From Candidatus Uhrbacteria bacterium RIFCSPLOWO2_01_FULL_47_17 (GTDB lineage Bacteria > Patescibacteriota > Patescibacteriia > UBA9934 > GWF2-40-263): a stretch of DNA of 64,000 nucleotides. The stretch lies in NCBI GenBank assembly GCA_001791305.1, contig MGEI01000004.1:61101-125100 (forward strand). Reading direction: 5' to 3'. Positions 45,663-55,750 of the stretch are shown here, piece after piece. The notes under the pieces were generated by a model. That model ran no database searches. It was not told where the DNA came from and saw nothing but the letters and a program-made list of their open reading frames with translations. Every line of letters starts with the position of its first letter. The stretch's first letter is position 1. The translations under genes were made by a program, and so were the position numbers.

Positions 45663-46604
45663 ATGGCATTTAAAAAAGGCGCCCAGAGACCATTCCGTTT
45701 TCATTTTTTTACGGTTTGGTCACACGGACTTTTTCACATCGATGAAATACTTTCTCTTTTACGCAAGGATGAGAATATTGAAATTCTTCGTATTGAGAGA
45801 AATACATTTAAAAATATACGTCGTTTCATTTTTGATTTTTATGGAAGTGATGCGGTTCCTGTTTCGCATTTGAGAGCAAAATTAGCGTATCTGTTCCAAC
45901 AACGAGGACCAAAGGAGGTAATTAATATTTTTGTAAAAAATTACAATCCGCAGGAAGTCTGGGTTGGTTCTCATCCGTTTCGCAAGGAGCAGTGTCAGTA
46001 TATTGTGGAAATAAAAAAACAGATTCGTAATTTATACAATCCAAAAGCGAAGGATCCAAATTTCTGCGTATTCCCCCTTGATAAAGGAGTTTCGCATGAA
46101 CACATGATTCACGCGTCTGATCGCGAGGAGCAGGTGGATTATTATTTGAAACTATTAGGCCATAAAAACGGAATCGAAACTATCGTCAATGACGATAAGG
46201 GTCTCTTATTTGAAAAACCCTATCATATTCATAGACCTGTACAGTATTCTTTTCATCGGCTCCCCATCCATGCACTTTTGGCGAGTATTCTTACGGAAGA
46301 AAAAGGTGTAAGTAAAAAACTTGTGCCAATTATCGATACTCCTCATTTTAAAGGGTTACAAATAGACAGCTTGTATTATAAAAAATACTTAGAGACATTT
46401 CGATTCAGCTATTTGTGCGATGACTATTCGTTGGAGCGGTTTATGCAAGGAAAAAAGATGACAAAGGCAGAGCTTTTGCAACTGCCTCCCATTTTAGTAA
46501 AATCATTAGACAATGGGAAATTTCAGGTATTAGATGGTGTTCATCGTGCGTCTCTGTTACTTTTTGCTGAGATCGAAAAAATAAAATGTGTTCTGTATGA
46601 ATAG
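45663..46604 (+). CDS. Hypothetical protein in polysaccharide locus
   Basis: ORF only; no recognised motif. Confidence 0.35.
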   Translation: MAFKKGAQRPFRFHFFTVWSHGLFHIDEILSLLRKDENIEILRIERNTFKNIRRFIFDFYGSDAVPVSHLRAKLAYLFQQRGPKEVINIFVKNYNPQEVWVGSHPFRKEQCQYIVEIKKQIRNLYNPKAKDPNFCVFPLDKGVSHEHMIHASDREEQVDYYLKLLGHKNGIETIVNDDKGLLFEKPYHIHRPVQYSFHRLPIHALLASILTEEKGVSKKLVPIIDTPHFKGLQIDSLYYKKYLETFRFSYLCDDYSLERFMQGKKMTKAELLQLPPILVKSLDNGKFQVLDGVHRASLLLFAEIEKIKCVLYE

Positions 46605-47262
46605 TTCCACCCCCATTTCGCTTATTTCTATCCTACAGGTTCTCGGTGATGATTATGTTCTCTTAAAAAAGAATGTTGATTTTCCATTGTTTGTTCCAGG
46701 AAGTGATATTGATATTTTAGTAGTCGATCGTTTTATTGCCTCTCGTAGCTTGTGTCAATATTTGCAAGAAAATTTGTCTTTAGAAGACACGTTTGTACAT
46801 ATACAGGAAGAGGCTCAGCATCTATTTGTTGATGTTATACGAGATAATAAACTATGGATTCGAATAGATCTTATAGATCAATTCGGGTATTTTAGGCGTT
46901 TTTCTGTACAGGAATCTTTAAAGATTCAACTTTTTCGTTCCAAAATTAGTTTGAGTGTTGATGGTGCGCGTATTTTTGTTCCATCCAATGAGTTCGATAT
47001 TTTGATGAGATACATGGAATATCTTGAATGGTTTGAAATACGCCCAGATAAGATTAAACATCTCGAATATATTTTACAATGTTCAAATGAACAAGAGCAG
47101 AAGCAATTGATCGATCATTTGCACCAATATATTTCGCTTTTTCATAAAAAATGGCAGGGGGATGTTCCTCAACGCGAGAATAGAATAAAGAGGTTTGCAA
47201 AATACATAATACGATTTTATCGACGAATTTCGCACATCATTTTGCGTATCCGAAATAAATAA
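46588..47262 (+). CDS. Hypothetical protein in polysaccharide locus
   Basis: ORF only. Confidence 0.35.
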   Translation: MFCMNSSTPISLISILQVLGDDYVLLKKNVDFPLFVPGSDIDILVVDRFIASRSLCQYLQENLSLEDTFVHIQEEAQHLFVDVIRDNKLWIRIDLIDQFGYFRRFSVQESLKIQLFRSKISLSVDGARIFVPSNEFDILMRYMEYLEWFEIRPDKIKHLEYILQCSNEQEQKQLIDHLHQYISLFHKKWQGDVPQRENRIKRFAKYIIRFYRRISHIILRIRNK

Positions 47263-47274
47263 CGGATCATTTTT

Positions 47275-48090
47275 ATGATGTATTCATTAAAGATTTTTTG
47301 TGACTGGATGCTGCCCATCGAATTAGAGTTCGATGAGCCAGTAGAGTTGTATGTTGATAAAATTCACGTTGATGTTTCGTTGTGTAAAAAAATTCTCTTG
47401 CTTGTTGAGCCAGATGAGTTGACCCGTTTTTCCGATTGGGTTATTCAGAATCATTCGTACTATCATGCGATCTTGACGCACGAAGAGAAAATATTGAATG
47501 CATGCCCCAACGCACATCTGATGGTATTTGGGCCACCATGGGTTCATTCATATGCGTTTCCGCAAAAAACGTTCGGCGTTTCAACGGTCGTTGGGTTAAA
47601 AAAACAACTGCCAGGACATTGGTTGCGACTTGCATTATGGAGGCGGCAAGAGGAAATATTGATCCCAAAAAAATTTTATACGAGCGAACGAGGGGGTAAG
47701 ATTTTTTGGCGTCTTATGCATCGGATCAAAAACGTTCATATGCCTCTGCTCGGCGAAAGTAAACTCCCTTTATTTGATGCGCAATTTCATATTGCGATTG
47801 AAAATTGTAAAAAAACTTATTGGTTCACAGAAAAATTAACAGATTGTTTTCAAACAAAAACAATTCCTATTTATTGGGGATGTCCCAACATTGGAAATTA
47901 TTTTGATATGCGAGGCATGATTTTGGTAGAGAGTGTTGACGATATTATTGTTGAATGTAACAAGCTCACACCAAGTACGTATGAACAAATGTTGAAATAT
48001 GCGAATGCTAATTATGAAACATCTCTGCGCTATGTTGATTTTGCAGGACGTGTAAAAGAAAAGATTCAAATAGTGATGTCTGTGGAATAG
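47275..48090 (+). CDS. Putative GT10-family alpha-1,3-fucosyltransferase
   Basis: FHIAIENCKKTYWFTEKLTDCFQTKTIPIYWG resembles GT10 motif YLAFENS…Y(V/I)TEKLW; GDP-fucose pathway genes adjacent. Confidence 0.45.
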   Translation: MMYSLKIFCDWMLPIELEFDEPVELYVDKIHVDVSLCKKILLLVEPDELTRFSDWVIQNHSYYHAILTHEEKILNACPNAHLMVFGPPWVHSYAFPQKTFGVSTVVGLKKQLPGHWLRLALWRRQEEILIPKKFYTSERGGKIFWRLMHRIKNVHMPLLGESKLPLFDAQFHIAIENCKKTYWFTEKLTDCFQTKTIPIYWGCPNIGNYFDMRGMILVESVDDIIVECNKLTPSTYEQMLKYANANYETSLRYVDFAGRVKEKIQIVMSVE

Positions 48091-48092
48091 AT

Positions 48093-49034
48093 ATGAAAAA
48101 CGACTTATCAATCGATGTTGTCATTCCGGTATTTAATGGTGCGGCCTTCATTGAAGAGGCTTTGATTTCTGTTGTGCAACAAACATTTCTTCCGCATCAG
48201 ATATTTGTGATCAATGATGGCTCAACAGATAATACTTCTGAAATCGTGGAGAAATTTGCCAAAACAAGCACTGTACCTATCATACAGATACAGAAAAAAA
48301 ATGGTGGACCAAGTTCCGCTCGTAATGCGGGTATTCGGATGAGTACGAGTCAGTATATTGCTTTTTTGGATGCAGATGATGTTTGGCAAGCAGATAAACT
48401 TTCTTCACAAATATCGATTTTCGAAGCATCCTCAGACGAGACTTTAGGAATCGTCTATGGACGATATTCACTCATGAATGAACAAGGTGTTGAGATCCAT
48501 GAGACGTTTTATAATCCAAAGGTATGTTTAAAAGGTTTGATCTTTTCTTCTTTGTTGGGATCAAATAAAATCTGCGGAAGTGGAAGTGCTGTGTTGATAA
48601 AACGAACTTGTTTTGATTGTGTTGGATATTTCGACGAAACATTACGAGCAGCGGAAGATTGGGATATGTGGCTCCGATTGGCGGAACGGTACATGTTTGA
48701 TTATGTTGATCATGTAGTTGTTCGAATACGTAGACATGGGGCAAGTATGCAAAAGAATCAAAAAACGTTTTTTTTGAATCAGTTGGCTTTTTATCGCAAA
48801 TGGACGTACATGTTATCAGATCAGAGTCAGGCAGGTGATGAGTGGGCAATATTTTTGGTCGATCAATTGTTACTTAGTATTCGATTTTTCAATTTTGATA
48901 CAATATTTGTGACAGCAATTTATTCAATCCCAAAAGACACAAAAAAGAAAATTTTTTGGAAGTCGCATGGTTTTATCCTTTTGTATATATGTAGAAGAGT
49001 TTTGTATATCATTTCTTGTAAAATAAAAAAGTGA
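48093..49034 (+). CDS. Family 2 glycosyltransferase
   Basis: VVIPVFNGAAFIEEAL…INDGSTDNT, DxD. Confidence 0.75.
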   Translation: MKNDLSIDVVIPVFNGAAFIEEALISVVQQTFLPHQIFVINDGSTDNTSEIVEKFAKTSTVPIIQIQKKNGGPSSARNAGIRMSTSQYIAFLDADDVWQADKLSSQISIFEASSDETLGIVYGRYSLMNEQGVEIHETFYNPKVCLKGLIFSSLLGSNKICGSGSAVLIKRTCFDCVGYFDETLRAAEDWDMWLRLAERYMFDYVDHVVVRIRRHGASMQKNQKTFFLNQLAFYRKWTYMLSDQSQAGDEWAIFLVDQLLLSIRFFNFDTIFVTAIYSIPKDTKKKIFWKSHGFILLYICRRVLYIISCKIKK

Positions 49035-50029
49035 TAAATATGTCGTACGTATCATCTTTTCAAAACGTACAACCAAAAATCAGTGTTATTATGCCCGTTT
49101 ATAACGGGTCTCGTTATTTATGTGAAGCAATCGAAAGCATCTTAAAACAAACGTACAGTGATTTTGAATTGATTATCGTTGATGATTTTTCAACCGATAA
49201 TACTGTTGATTTGATAAAAGAATATCAAGCAAAAGACAAGCGTGTTCATCTATATAAAAACGCATTCACGAAGGGGATTGTTGGTTCGTTAAATACGGGC
49301 TTGGCCCACGCTTCCGGTTTGTATATTGCAAGGGCAGATGCGGATGATGTGAATCTACCATCACGATTCATGGATCAAGTTAACATGTTAGAACAGAATC
49401 CAGATATCGTATTGGTGGGTGCGGGATGTCGAGTTTTTTCAGAGAAAGGATTCGGAAAATCGATTTATCGACCCAGTTCAGCAGTTGAATTGGCGTGGCG
49501 TCTTATCAGCGATACGTATTTTTGTCATCCTGTGACGATGTATCGAAAAGAAATCGCCACAGCATTTCATGGATACGCACAAAAAGAAGCGGAAGATTTC
49601 GATTTATTCTCTAGGATTATTAAAAAACACCAAACAAGAAATTTGCACAAAGTATTACTAAACTATCGCGAGCATTCATCGAATCGTTCAAAAGAAGCTG
49701 CGCAAGCGATTGCTAAAAGTGTACACAATATTTTCTTAGATAATTTTGAATACTATTTTGGAACAACGAGAAATGCAGATAAATTCTTTGCATTTCAGCA
49801 TGATGGAATTATGCATGTGAGTGATTTTATTTTAATCACACGCATGAACCTCCAAATTATTCGAAAGATATTGTTGGATTATCACATATCTTTTTTCTCT
49901 CGAGAAGTATTTTTTTGCACCAATAAAATATTCTTCTTGCAATGTCGTGCGCTTTTTTCGCGATGGATATCAAGCTTAAAAATGATCTTACGTTCATTCT
50001 ATCGATACTTACTTGGAAAGTCGTTATGA
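49031..50029 (+). CDS. Family 2 glycosyltransferase
   Basis: ISVIMPVYNGSRYLCEAIESILKQTY…IIVDDFSTDNT. Confidence 0.75.
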   Translation: MINMSYVSSFQNVQPKISVIMPVYNGSRYLCEAIESILKQTYSDFELIIVDDFSTDNTVDLIKEYQAKDKRVHLYKNAFTKGIVGSLNTGLAHASGLYIARADADDVNLPSRFMDQVNMLEQNPDIVLVGAGCRVFSEKGFGKSIYRPSSAVELAWRLISDTYFCHPVTMYRKEIATAFHGYAQKEAEDFDLFSRIIKKHQTRNLHKVLLNYREHSSNRSKEAAQAIAKSVHNIFLDNFEYYFGTTRNADKFFAFQHDGIMHVSDFILITRMNLQIIRKILLDYHISFFSREVFFCTNKIFFLQCRALFSRWISSLKMILRSFYRYLLGKSL

Positions 50030-51099
50030 AAATTCTCTATACAGCATTGAAATATGATTACGGTGATCCTGCCCGAGGGTATAGTTTTGAACACTATAAT
50101 TTTTATGATGCCCTTATAAAAATGGAGGGGGGAAAACATGAAATTCTCTATTTTCCATTTGATGAAATTGGCGCATCCCTTGGCAGGGAAGGATTGAATA
50201 AAAAGATGTTAGAGGTTGTACGATCAGAAAAACCGGATTTGTGCTTCTTTTTTCTTTTTGAACATGAATTCGATTTTGAAACAATTAATGAAATCACTCA
50301 GAATTCAGGAAGCAAAACATTTGCATGGTTTTCGGACGATCAATGGCGGTTTCAAAATTATTCAAAACATTACGCACCTTGTTTTCATTGGATATCCACA
50401 ACAGATAAACGAGCTGTGGAAAAATATAGAAAAATTGGTGTTTACAATGTCATTAAATCTCAGTGGGCCTGCAATCATTATTTGTATCATCCAAAAGATC
50501 GTGTGAACATTGGACAACCAGTTCGTAATGAAATTACATTTGTTGGACAGCCACACGGAAATCGTAAGCAAGTTATTCGTGCGTTGGAAAAAAGACATCT
50601 CCCCGTCGTCTGCTATGGGAATGGCTGGCCTCAAGGAAGAATTTCTCAAGAAGAAATGATTGAGGTATTTGAATGTAGTAAAATAAATCTGAACTTAACA
50701 AAGGCGAGTGCTGTACGACGCATGCCAAATTTTGTGTATGTGTTTTTGCATAAGGAGAATGGTGTGATTAAATTGAGATCTTGGAAAAAGATTTGGGAAG
50801 ATCTCCGTTTTTCATTTCGAAAAACACAAGAGCAAATTAAAGGGCGTAATTTTGAAGTACCTGGATGTGGAGGGTTTCTTCTGACTGGATATGCGGAAGA
50901 TTTGGAAAAATATTATGTGGAAGGAAAAGAGGTTGTTGTATTTCGTGGAATTAAAGATCTTGCAAAAAAAGCGTATTATTATTCAACACATGAAGAAGAG
51001 CGTAAACAGATCGCGCGTGCGGGATTCGAACGAACGGTGAAGGATCATACGTATGAAAAACGATTTCAAGAAATTTTTCACATAATGGGCTTGGAATAA
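50026..51099 (+). CDS. CgeB-like glycosyltransferase (DUF3880/GT1-like)
   Basis: Start MKILYTALKYDYGDP (ATGA overlap with upstream GT2); CgeB-family layout. Confidence 0.45.
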   Translation: MKILYTALKYDYGDPARGYSFEHYNFYDALIKMEGGKHEILYFPFDEIGASLGREGLNKKMLEVVRSEKPDLCFFFLFEHEFDFETINEITQNSGSKTFAWFSDDQWRFQNYSKHYAPCFHWISTTDKRAVEKYRKIGVYNVIKSQWACNHYLYHPKDRVNIGQPVRNEITFVGQPHGNRKQVIRALEKRHLPVVCYGNGWPQGRISQEEMIEVFECSKINLNLTKASAVRRMPNFVYVFLHKENGVIKLRSWKKIWEDLRFSFRKTQEQIKGRNFEVPGCGGFLLTGYAEDLEKYYVEGKEVVVFRGIKDLAKKAYYYSTHEEERKQIARAGFERTVKDHTYEKRFQEIFHIMGLE

Positions 51100-51101
51100 T
51101 T

Positions 51102-51863
51102 ATGCCTAGAATGAGTGTCATTCTTCCTGTGTTTAACGCAGAGAAGACAATTCAACAATCTATTCAGAGTGTGCTGAATCAAACCTTTAGGGACTTTGAA
51201 TTGATTGTGATTGATGATGGTTCAACAGATGAAACACAAAAAATTATTCAAGGGATTCAGGATGCTCGTGTTATTTGCATAAAAAATGAAAAAAATCTTG
51301 GTTTGCAAAAAACATTGAATCTTGGATTACAAAAAGCAGTTGGGACATACATTGCACGGATAGACGCGGATGATACTTGGATTGATCGCAACAAGTTGTT
51401 ACACCAAATTTCGTTTTTAGATACCCGTCCTCTTGTCGTTCTTGTTGGTACGGGTGCTGTTGTGATGAAAGCTGGTCAAGAACTATTTCGTTTCCTTAAC
51501 CCATCTTCTGACGTCGATATTCGTCGAATTCTTTTGGGGAAAAATACGTTTGTTCATTCAAGTGTTGTATTTAAACGAGACGCAGCACTGCGTGTTGGAG
51601 GGTATTCAGAAGATGTGACGGTAACGCATGTGGAGGATCATGATCTTTGGTTAAAATTAGGGACACAAGGTATGCTCGCGAATTTGGCGGAGTATGATAT
51701 ACAATACACGTTGTCAGAGACACAAATTAGCAGCCGCCATAAGCGTATTCAATTTTTTCGAGATGTTTTACTGGTCAATAAATATGCAAATAAGTATCCA
51801 GGAAAATGGCGAGCATGGATTCGCGGGTTGATGAGGTTGGGATATTATGGTTTTTTGAAATAA
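51102..51863 (+). CDS. Family 2 glycosyltransferase
   Basis: MSVILPVFNAEKTIQQSIQSVLNQTFRDFELIVIDDGSTDET. Confidence 0.75.
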   Translation: MPRMSVILPVFNAEKTIQQSIQSVLNQTFRDFELIVIDDGSTDETQKIIQGIQDARVICIKNEKNLGLQKTLNLGLQKAVGTYIARIDADDTWIDRNKLLHQISFLDTRPLVVLVGTGAVVMKAGQELFRFLNPSSDVDIRRILLGKNTFVHSSVVFKRDAALRVGGYSEDVTVTHVEDHDLWLKLGTQGMLANLAEYDIQYTLSETQISSRHKRIQFFRDVLLVNKYANKYPGKWRAWIRGLMRLGYYGFLK

Positions 51864-51867
51864 TTAT

Positions 51868-52767
51868 ATGCGTTTTAGTATCGTCATTCCAACATTTGAG
51901 CGGCAACAATCACTTCATGAGTGTTTGTCTTCGATTTTATTACAATCACGTCTTCCAGACGAGGTAATTATTGTAGATGATGGTACGCTGTCAGAAGTGT
52001 TTATTACAGATGAAAGAGAGCGATTTAAACAATCGAAATGCACACTTTCATATTACAGAAAAGATCATGTGCAAGTATCACGAGGCACTTCCATTTCACG
52101 CAATATCGGAATGAGCCTCGCACGTGAGGAGGTTGTATTTATTTTGGATGATGACTTGTTTCTTGAAAAAAATTTTCTGGATGAGATTATGTCTGTTTGG
52201 GAGCGTGAAGATTGCACAAGTATTATCGGGATTGGTGGTGTGATTTTAAACAACCGAAAAAAGTCTTTGCTTGAATTATTTTTCAATCATGTATTTGTTC
52301 TTGAATCAACATATTCGTGGGATGTGACGGATGTGGGGTATCAAACATGGAATGATGGAATCCAAAAGTGTGTTCGTGGTTTTTATGAGCATGGTGGTGC
52401 TTGTTCGTACCGAAAAACATTCGTGATGAAATTGGGTGGTTTTACCGTGTTGAATGATGGACGAACAGCGCTTGAAGATGTTGAGTTTGCACTGCGTGCA
52501 AAACGTTCAGGACTTGGTTATTTTATTGAACCGCGCGCTCGCACAGAACATAACCATGCTTTAGGCGGACGAACATCTAAATGGAGGAGTGCATTTCAGG
52601 AAAGTCAAAACAGAAAATGGATTTTTCAAACGATGTGTAAGCAAGACGTTCTGCATCAGCTTTGGTTTGTGTGGTCATCTACCGGATGGATACTGCGACA
52701 ATTTTTGAGTGGGCAGTTTCAAAAGGGATTTGGTATGATTATTGGTTTTTTTGTGCGAAACGTATGA
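51868..52767 (+). CDS. Family 2 glycosyltransferase
   Basis: FSIVIPTFERQQSLHECL…VIIVDDG. Confidence 0.7.
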   Translation: MRFSIVIPTFERQQSLHECLSSILLQSRLPDEVIIVDDGTLSEVFITDERERFKQSKCTLSYYRKDHVQVSRGTSISRNIGMSLAREEVVFILDDDLFLEKNFLDEIMSVWEREDCTSIIGIGGVILNNRKKSLLELFFNHVFVLESTYSWDVTDVGYQTWNDGIQKCVRGFYEHGGACSYRKTFVMKLGGFTVLNDGRTALEDVEFALRAKRSGLGYFIEPRARTEHNHALGGRTSKWRSAFQESQNRKWIFQTMCKQDVLHQLWFVWSSTGWILRQFLSGQFQKGFGMIIGFFVRNV

Positions 52768-53876
52768 ATATTCTTTATGTCATTACGAAATCTTCTCGTG
52801 GAGGTGCACAACAGCATGTTCGTGATCTTGCAATAGCATTTCAGGATCAAAAAAATACGGTCACTGTTGCGATTGGTGAGAAAGGCGGATGGTTACACGA
52901 TCAGTTGACGGAACGTGGAATCGGAGTCGAATATGTTCGTTTATCACGAACATGGAATCCGCTTGTTTTTTTTGCATACATGATCGACCTGATGCGTATT
53001 CTGAAGAATATTAAACCCGAGATCGTGCATTTTCATAGCTCACATACGTTAATCGGTACATGGATTGTTCGTTTTTGTTTTACGCATATTAAATCAATTG
53101 TTACTGTTCATGGCTTAAGTTTGCTTTATCCAGGAGCAGCAAAAAAATGGATACAAGCAATATACGCATTTTTTTTGCGCAGCGTTTTTTTGAGTGCAGA
53201 TCGAGTAATTTCTGTATGTTTATTTGATAAAAAAATACTGCTCGAACAAAAACTTGTTACACAGAATAACATAGAGATGATCCATAATGGAGTATTTACA
53301 CCTGCTTTTTTTACGCCTGAGGAGGCTCGAATGCAAATTGGACTTCCGTTAGGTGTAACGATCATTGGAACTCTTGCCCGCTTTTCGTATCAAAAAAATC
53401 TTTCATTTTTGATTGAATCTTTTGCTGCATGGAATCACCCAAGCGCCTTGCTTTGTTTGATCGGAAGTGGAACAGAGGAAGGGATGTTGAAACAACTTGT
53501 GCGCGATCAAGGGATTGAGGATCGCGTATTTTTTCGACAAGGAGATGCAACTGTATTGAAAGCGTTTTCCTGTTTCGTTCTTTCATCCCGTTACGAAGGT
53601 TTTCCGTACGTTCTTCTTGAATCCGCTCTTGCCCAAGTTCCTCTTATTGCCACAAATGTAGGAGGAGTTTCTGAACTGATTGAACAAAATCAAACAGGCT
53701 GGTTGATCCCATCTAGCGACATTCCTGCACTTGTACAAGCATTGAATGATGTTGTGTTCGATGCAGATCGCGCGAAAAGATATGCACGTGCAGCACAAGC
53801 TCGCGTACAGTCAAATTTTATGATTGAATCGATGATTCAAAAAATAGATAGACTTTATCAGTCGCTCAACGACTAA
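52764..53876 (+). CDS. Family 4 (GT1-fold) glycosyltransferase
   Basis: Start MNILYVITKSSRGGAQQHV (ATGA overlap); EGFPYVLLESALAQVPLIATNVGG. Confidence 0.75.
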   Translation: MNILYVITKSSRGGAQQHVRDLAIAFQDQKNTVTVAIGEKGGWLHDQLTERGIGVEYVRLSRTWNPLVFFAYMIDLMRILKNIKPEIVHFHSSHTLIGTWIVRFCFTHIKSIVTVHGLSLLYPGAAKKWIQAIYAFFLRSVFLSADRVISVCLFDKKILLEQKLVTQNNIEMIHNGVFTPAFFTPEEARMQIGLPLGVTIIGTLARFSYQKNLSFLIESFAAWNHPSALLCLIGSGTEEGMLKQLVRDQGIEDRVFFRQGDATVLKAFSCFVLSSRYEGFPYVLLESALAQVPLIATNVGGVSELIEQNQTGWLIPSSDIPALVQALNDVVFDADRAKRYARAAQARVQSNFMIESMIQKIDRLYQSLND

Positions 53877-53919
53877 ACATGCTTTTGTATTAGAAATTGA
53901 TACTGCTTCGTTTCGCGCA

Positions 53920-55242
53920 TTACATAAGCCTCTTCTTCGTCTCCACCTTATATCCCTCCACGGCCGGTTGATCAAATGCGTTTACACTCATGAGCTGCGC
54001 AAGATACATCATCTCCACCATACGAAATTGCAAATAATACCCCAGTTCTTTTTCTGAAACAGCCTCAAGTTCGATCGAGAGGAATGGGCGTTTGAGTTTT
54101 TGATAGGTCGCTGTGACGCCACCCACGATTTCGGACATGAGTTCATCGAGCGATTTTCCTGGAAGATGCTCGACCATGTTTGGAAAGAGAAGTTTTGAGG
54201 GGACACGACCACCCCCTGCTCCCTCCTTCATAAAGGAGGGAGTTCTTGCGATGGAAATAATATTCGTAAACTTATCATCTGGACCACCGAAGTAGAGTTG
54301 TGCCATCGAGTGTAAATCGGTTGAACCAATCGAAACAATCGGTGTGATGCCGGCGTGCACAACATGACCATCCAAATCTTTTTCTTTCCCTACACTTTCG
54401 CCCATCAGTTGTCGATACCACTTTCCGAGCGATTCGAGTTCCGGCGCAAACAGAAATGTATTGTGAATGGATCGGCCTTTTTTTGCATGCGCATATGTTG
54501 CATAAGCAGAAACAAGCGCATGATTTTGTGCGGTGTCACCCAAGAGTCCGTCTTCGACCGCTCCTCGTGCACCCTCGACCAGTTTGCGAACGTCATATCC
54601 TGCAACAGCGAGGGGAAACAATCCAACAGCAGAGAAGACACTGTACCGACCTCCAACCTTTGCGGGAATTCCGAGATGATCGATCTTTTGTTTTTTTGCT
54701 GCTTCGAAGAACTTTGACCCGTCATCACTTATTACGACAAGGCGATCGCGTACATCTTTATATAGCTTCTTGAGTGCGGCCAATAATGCTTCTGTGTTTG
54801 CCATTGTCTCCGTCGTTCCACCTGACTTACTGATCGATACGATCAGGAATTGTTTTTTGTTTTTAAGTTGTTTCGTGAGTTTTTCGAGAACCAAAGAAAA
54901 ATGTGTACTCGAGACTGTGTCGAGAAACAACATCTCGACATTTTTTCGAGGAAGCGCATCATAAACTGCCTGCGTTCCAAGATTTGAACCACCAATGCCA
55001 ATCACAACAACGATCTTTAATTGTTTGGTTCGATATCCTTCAGCTCGTTCGAGAATCGCATCGATATGCGTCGAAAACGGGAGATTGATGGAACATTCAA
55101 GGTCATCGAATTCGCTTTTCTCTCGAACATTGACCAGATGTCGACGATACGACTCGAGTTGTTTGGCCGACGTGCCGAGTTCTTTTGCAGAGATTCCTGA
55201 ATTTTTTGTGGAGATGATCATAGAAAAATGTATTTCCGACAT
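53920..55242 (-). CDS. pgi: Glucose-6-phosphate isomerase (short bifunctional-type Pgi)
   Basis: SIS-domain motifs (…LVVISDDGSK…GGRYSVFSAVGLFPLAVAGYD…); start at MSEIHF. Confidence 0.8.
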   Translation of the reverse strand: MSEIHFSMIISTKNSGISAKELGTSAKQLESYRRHLVNVREKSEFDDLECSINLPFSTHIDAILERAEGYRTKQLKIVVVIGIGGSNLGTQAVYDALPRKNVEMLFLDTVSSTHFSLVLEKLTKQLKNKKQFLIVSISKSGGTTETMANTEALLAALKKLYKDVRDRLVVISDDGSKFFEAAKKQKIDHLGIPAKVGGRYSVFSAVGLFPLAVAGYDVRKLVEGARGAVEDGLLGDTAQNHALVSAYATYAHAKKGRSIHNTFLFAPELESLGKWYRQLMGESVGKEKDLDGHVVHAGITPIVSIGSTDLHSMAQLYFGGPDDKFTNIISIARTPSFMKEGAGGGRVPSKLLFPNMVEHLPGKSLDELMSEIVGGVTATYQKLKRPFLSIELEAVSEKELGYYLQFRMVEMMYLAQLMSVNAFDQPAVEGYKVETKKRLM

Positions 55243-55398
55243 CTTACCGTTTTTGCGCTCTTTTCGCGAGTGTCTTTTTCTACCTTTCCAACTTTTCCGA
55301 CCTCTCGGACTTTCTTCACTTATCCACACCCCGCGCCGACTTTGTGAATTTCTGATAAAATATCTTTAGTTTTAAGATTTATTCATTATTTTTTTCGT

Positions 55399-55614
55399 AT
55401 GTTCATGAAAGGCGAAAAGTGCGGCGTACATTGCGTTGCTTGGTGGCTTTTACTCGTTGGTGGACTTAACTGGGGACTTGTTGGTCTTTTCAACTGGAAC
55501 CTTGTTGAAGTTCTCTTTGGCGCATGGCCAATGCTCGTAAAGATTGTTTACATCTTGGTCGGACTTTCGGCGGTGTCTATGTTGATGAAGAAGTCTTGCA
55601 AGGCGTGTAAGTAG
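55399..55614 (+). CDS. DUF378-family small membrane protein
   Basis: VAWWLLLVGGLNWGLVGLFNWNLVE… typical DUF378. Confidence 0.6.
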   Translation: MFMKGEKCGVHCVAWWLLLVGGLNWGLVGLFNWNLVEVLFGAWPMLVKIVYILVGLSAVSMLMKKSCKACK

Positions 55615-55750
55615 GGAAAAAAGGAGAAAGTAGAGAGTAGAAAGCAGAAAGGGGGGGAAACATTTTTCGTTTTCTTTCATGATCTATTTTTGAAAACTAC
55701 TTTTTCTTTTTTTCCTTTCTATTTTCTACTTACCCCTTTCTACTTTTTCT
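55612..55750. repeat. Purine-tract inverted-repeat element, copy 4 (AGTAGAAAG-repeat variant)
   Basis: Left arm aggagaaagtagagagtagaaagcagaaaggggggg, right arm cctttctattttctacttacccctttctacttttt; runs directly into bcp ATG. Confidence 0.5.
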
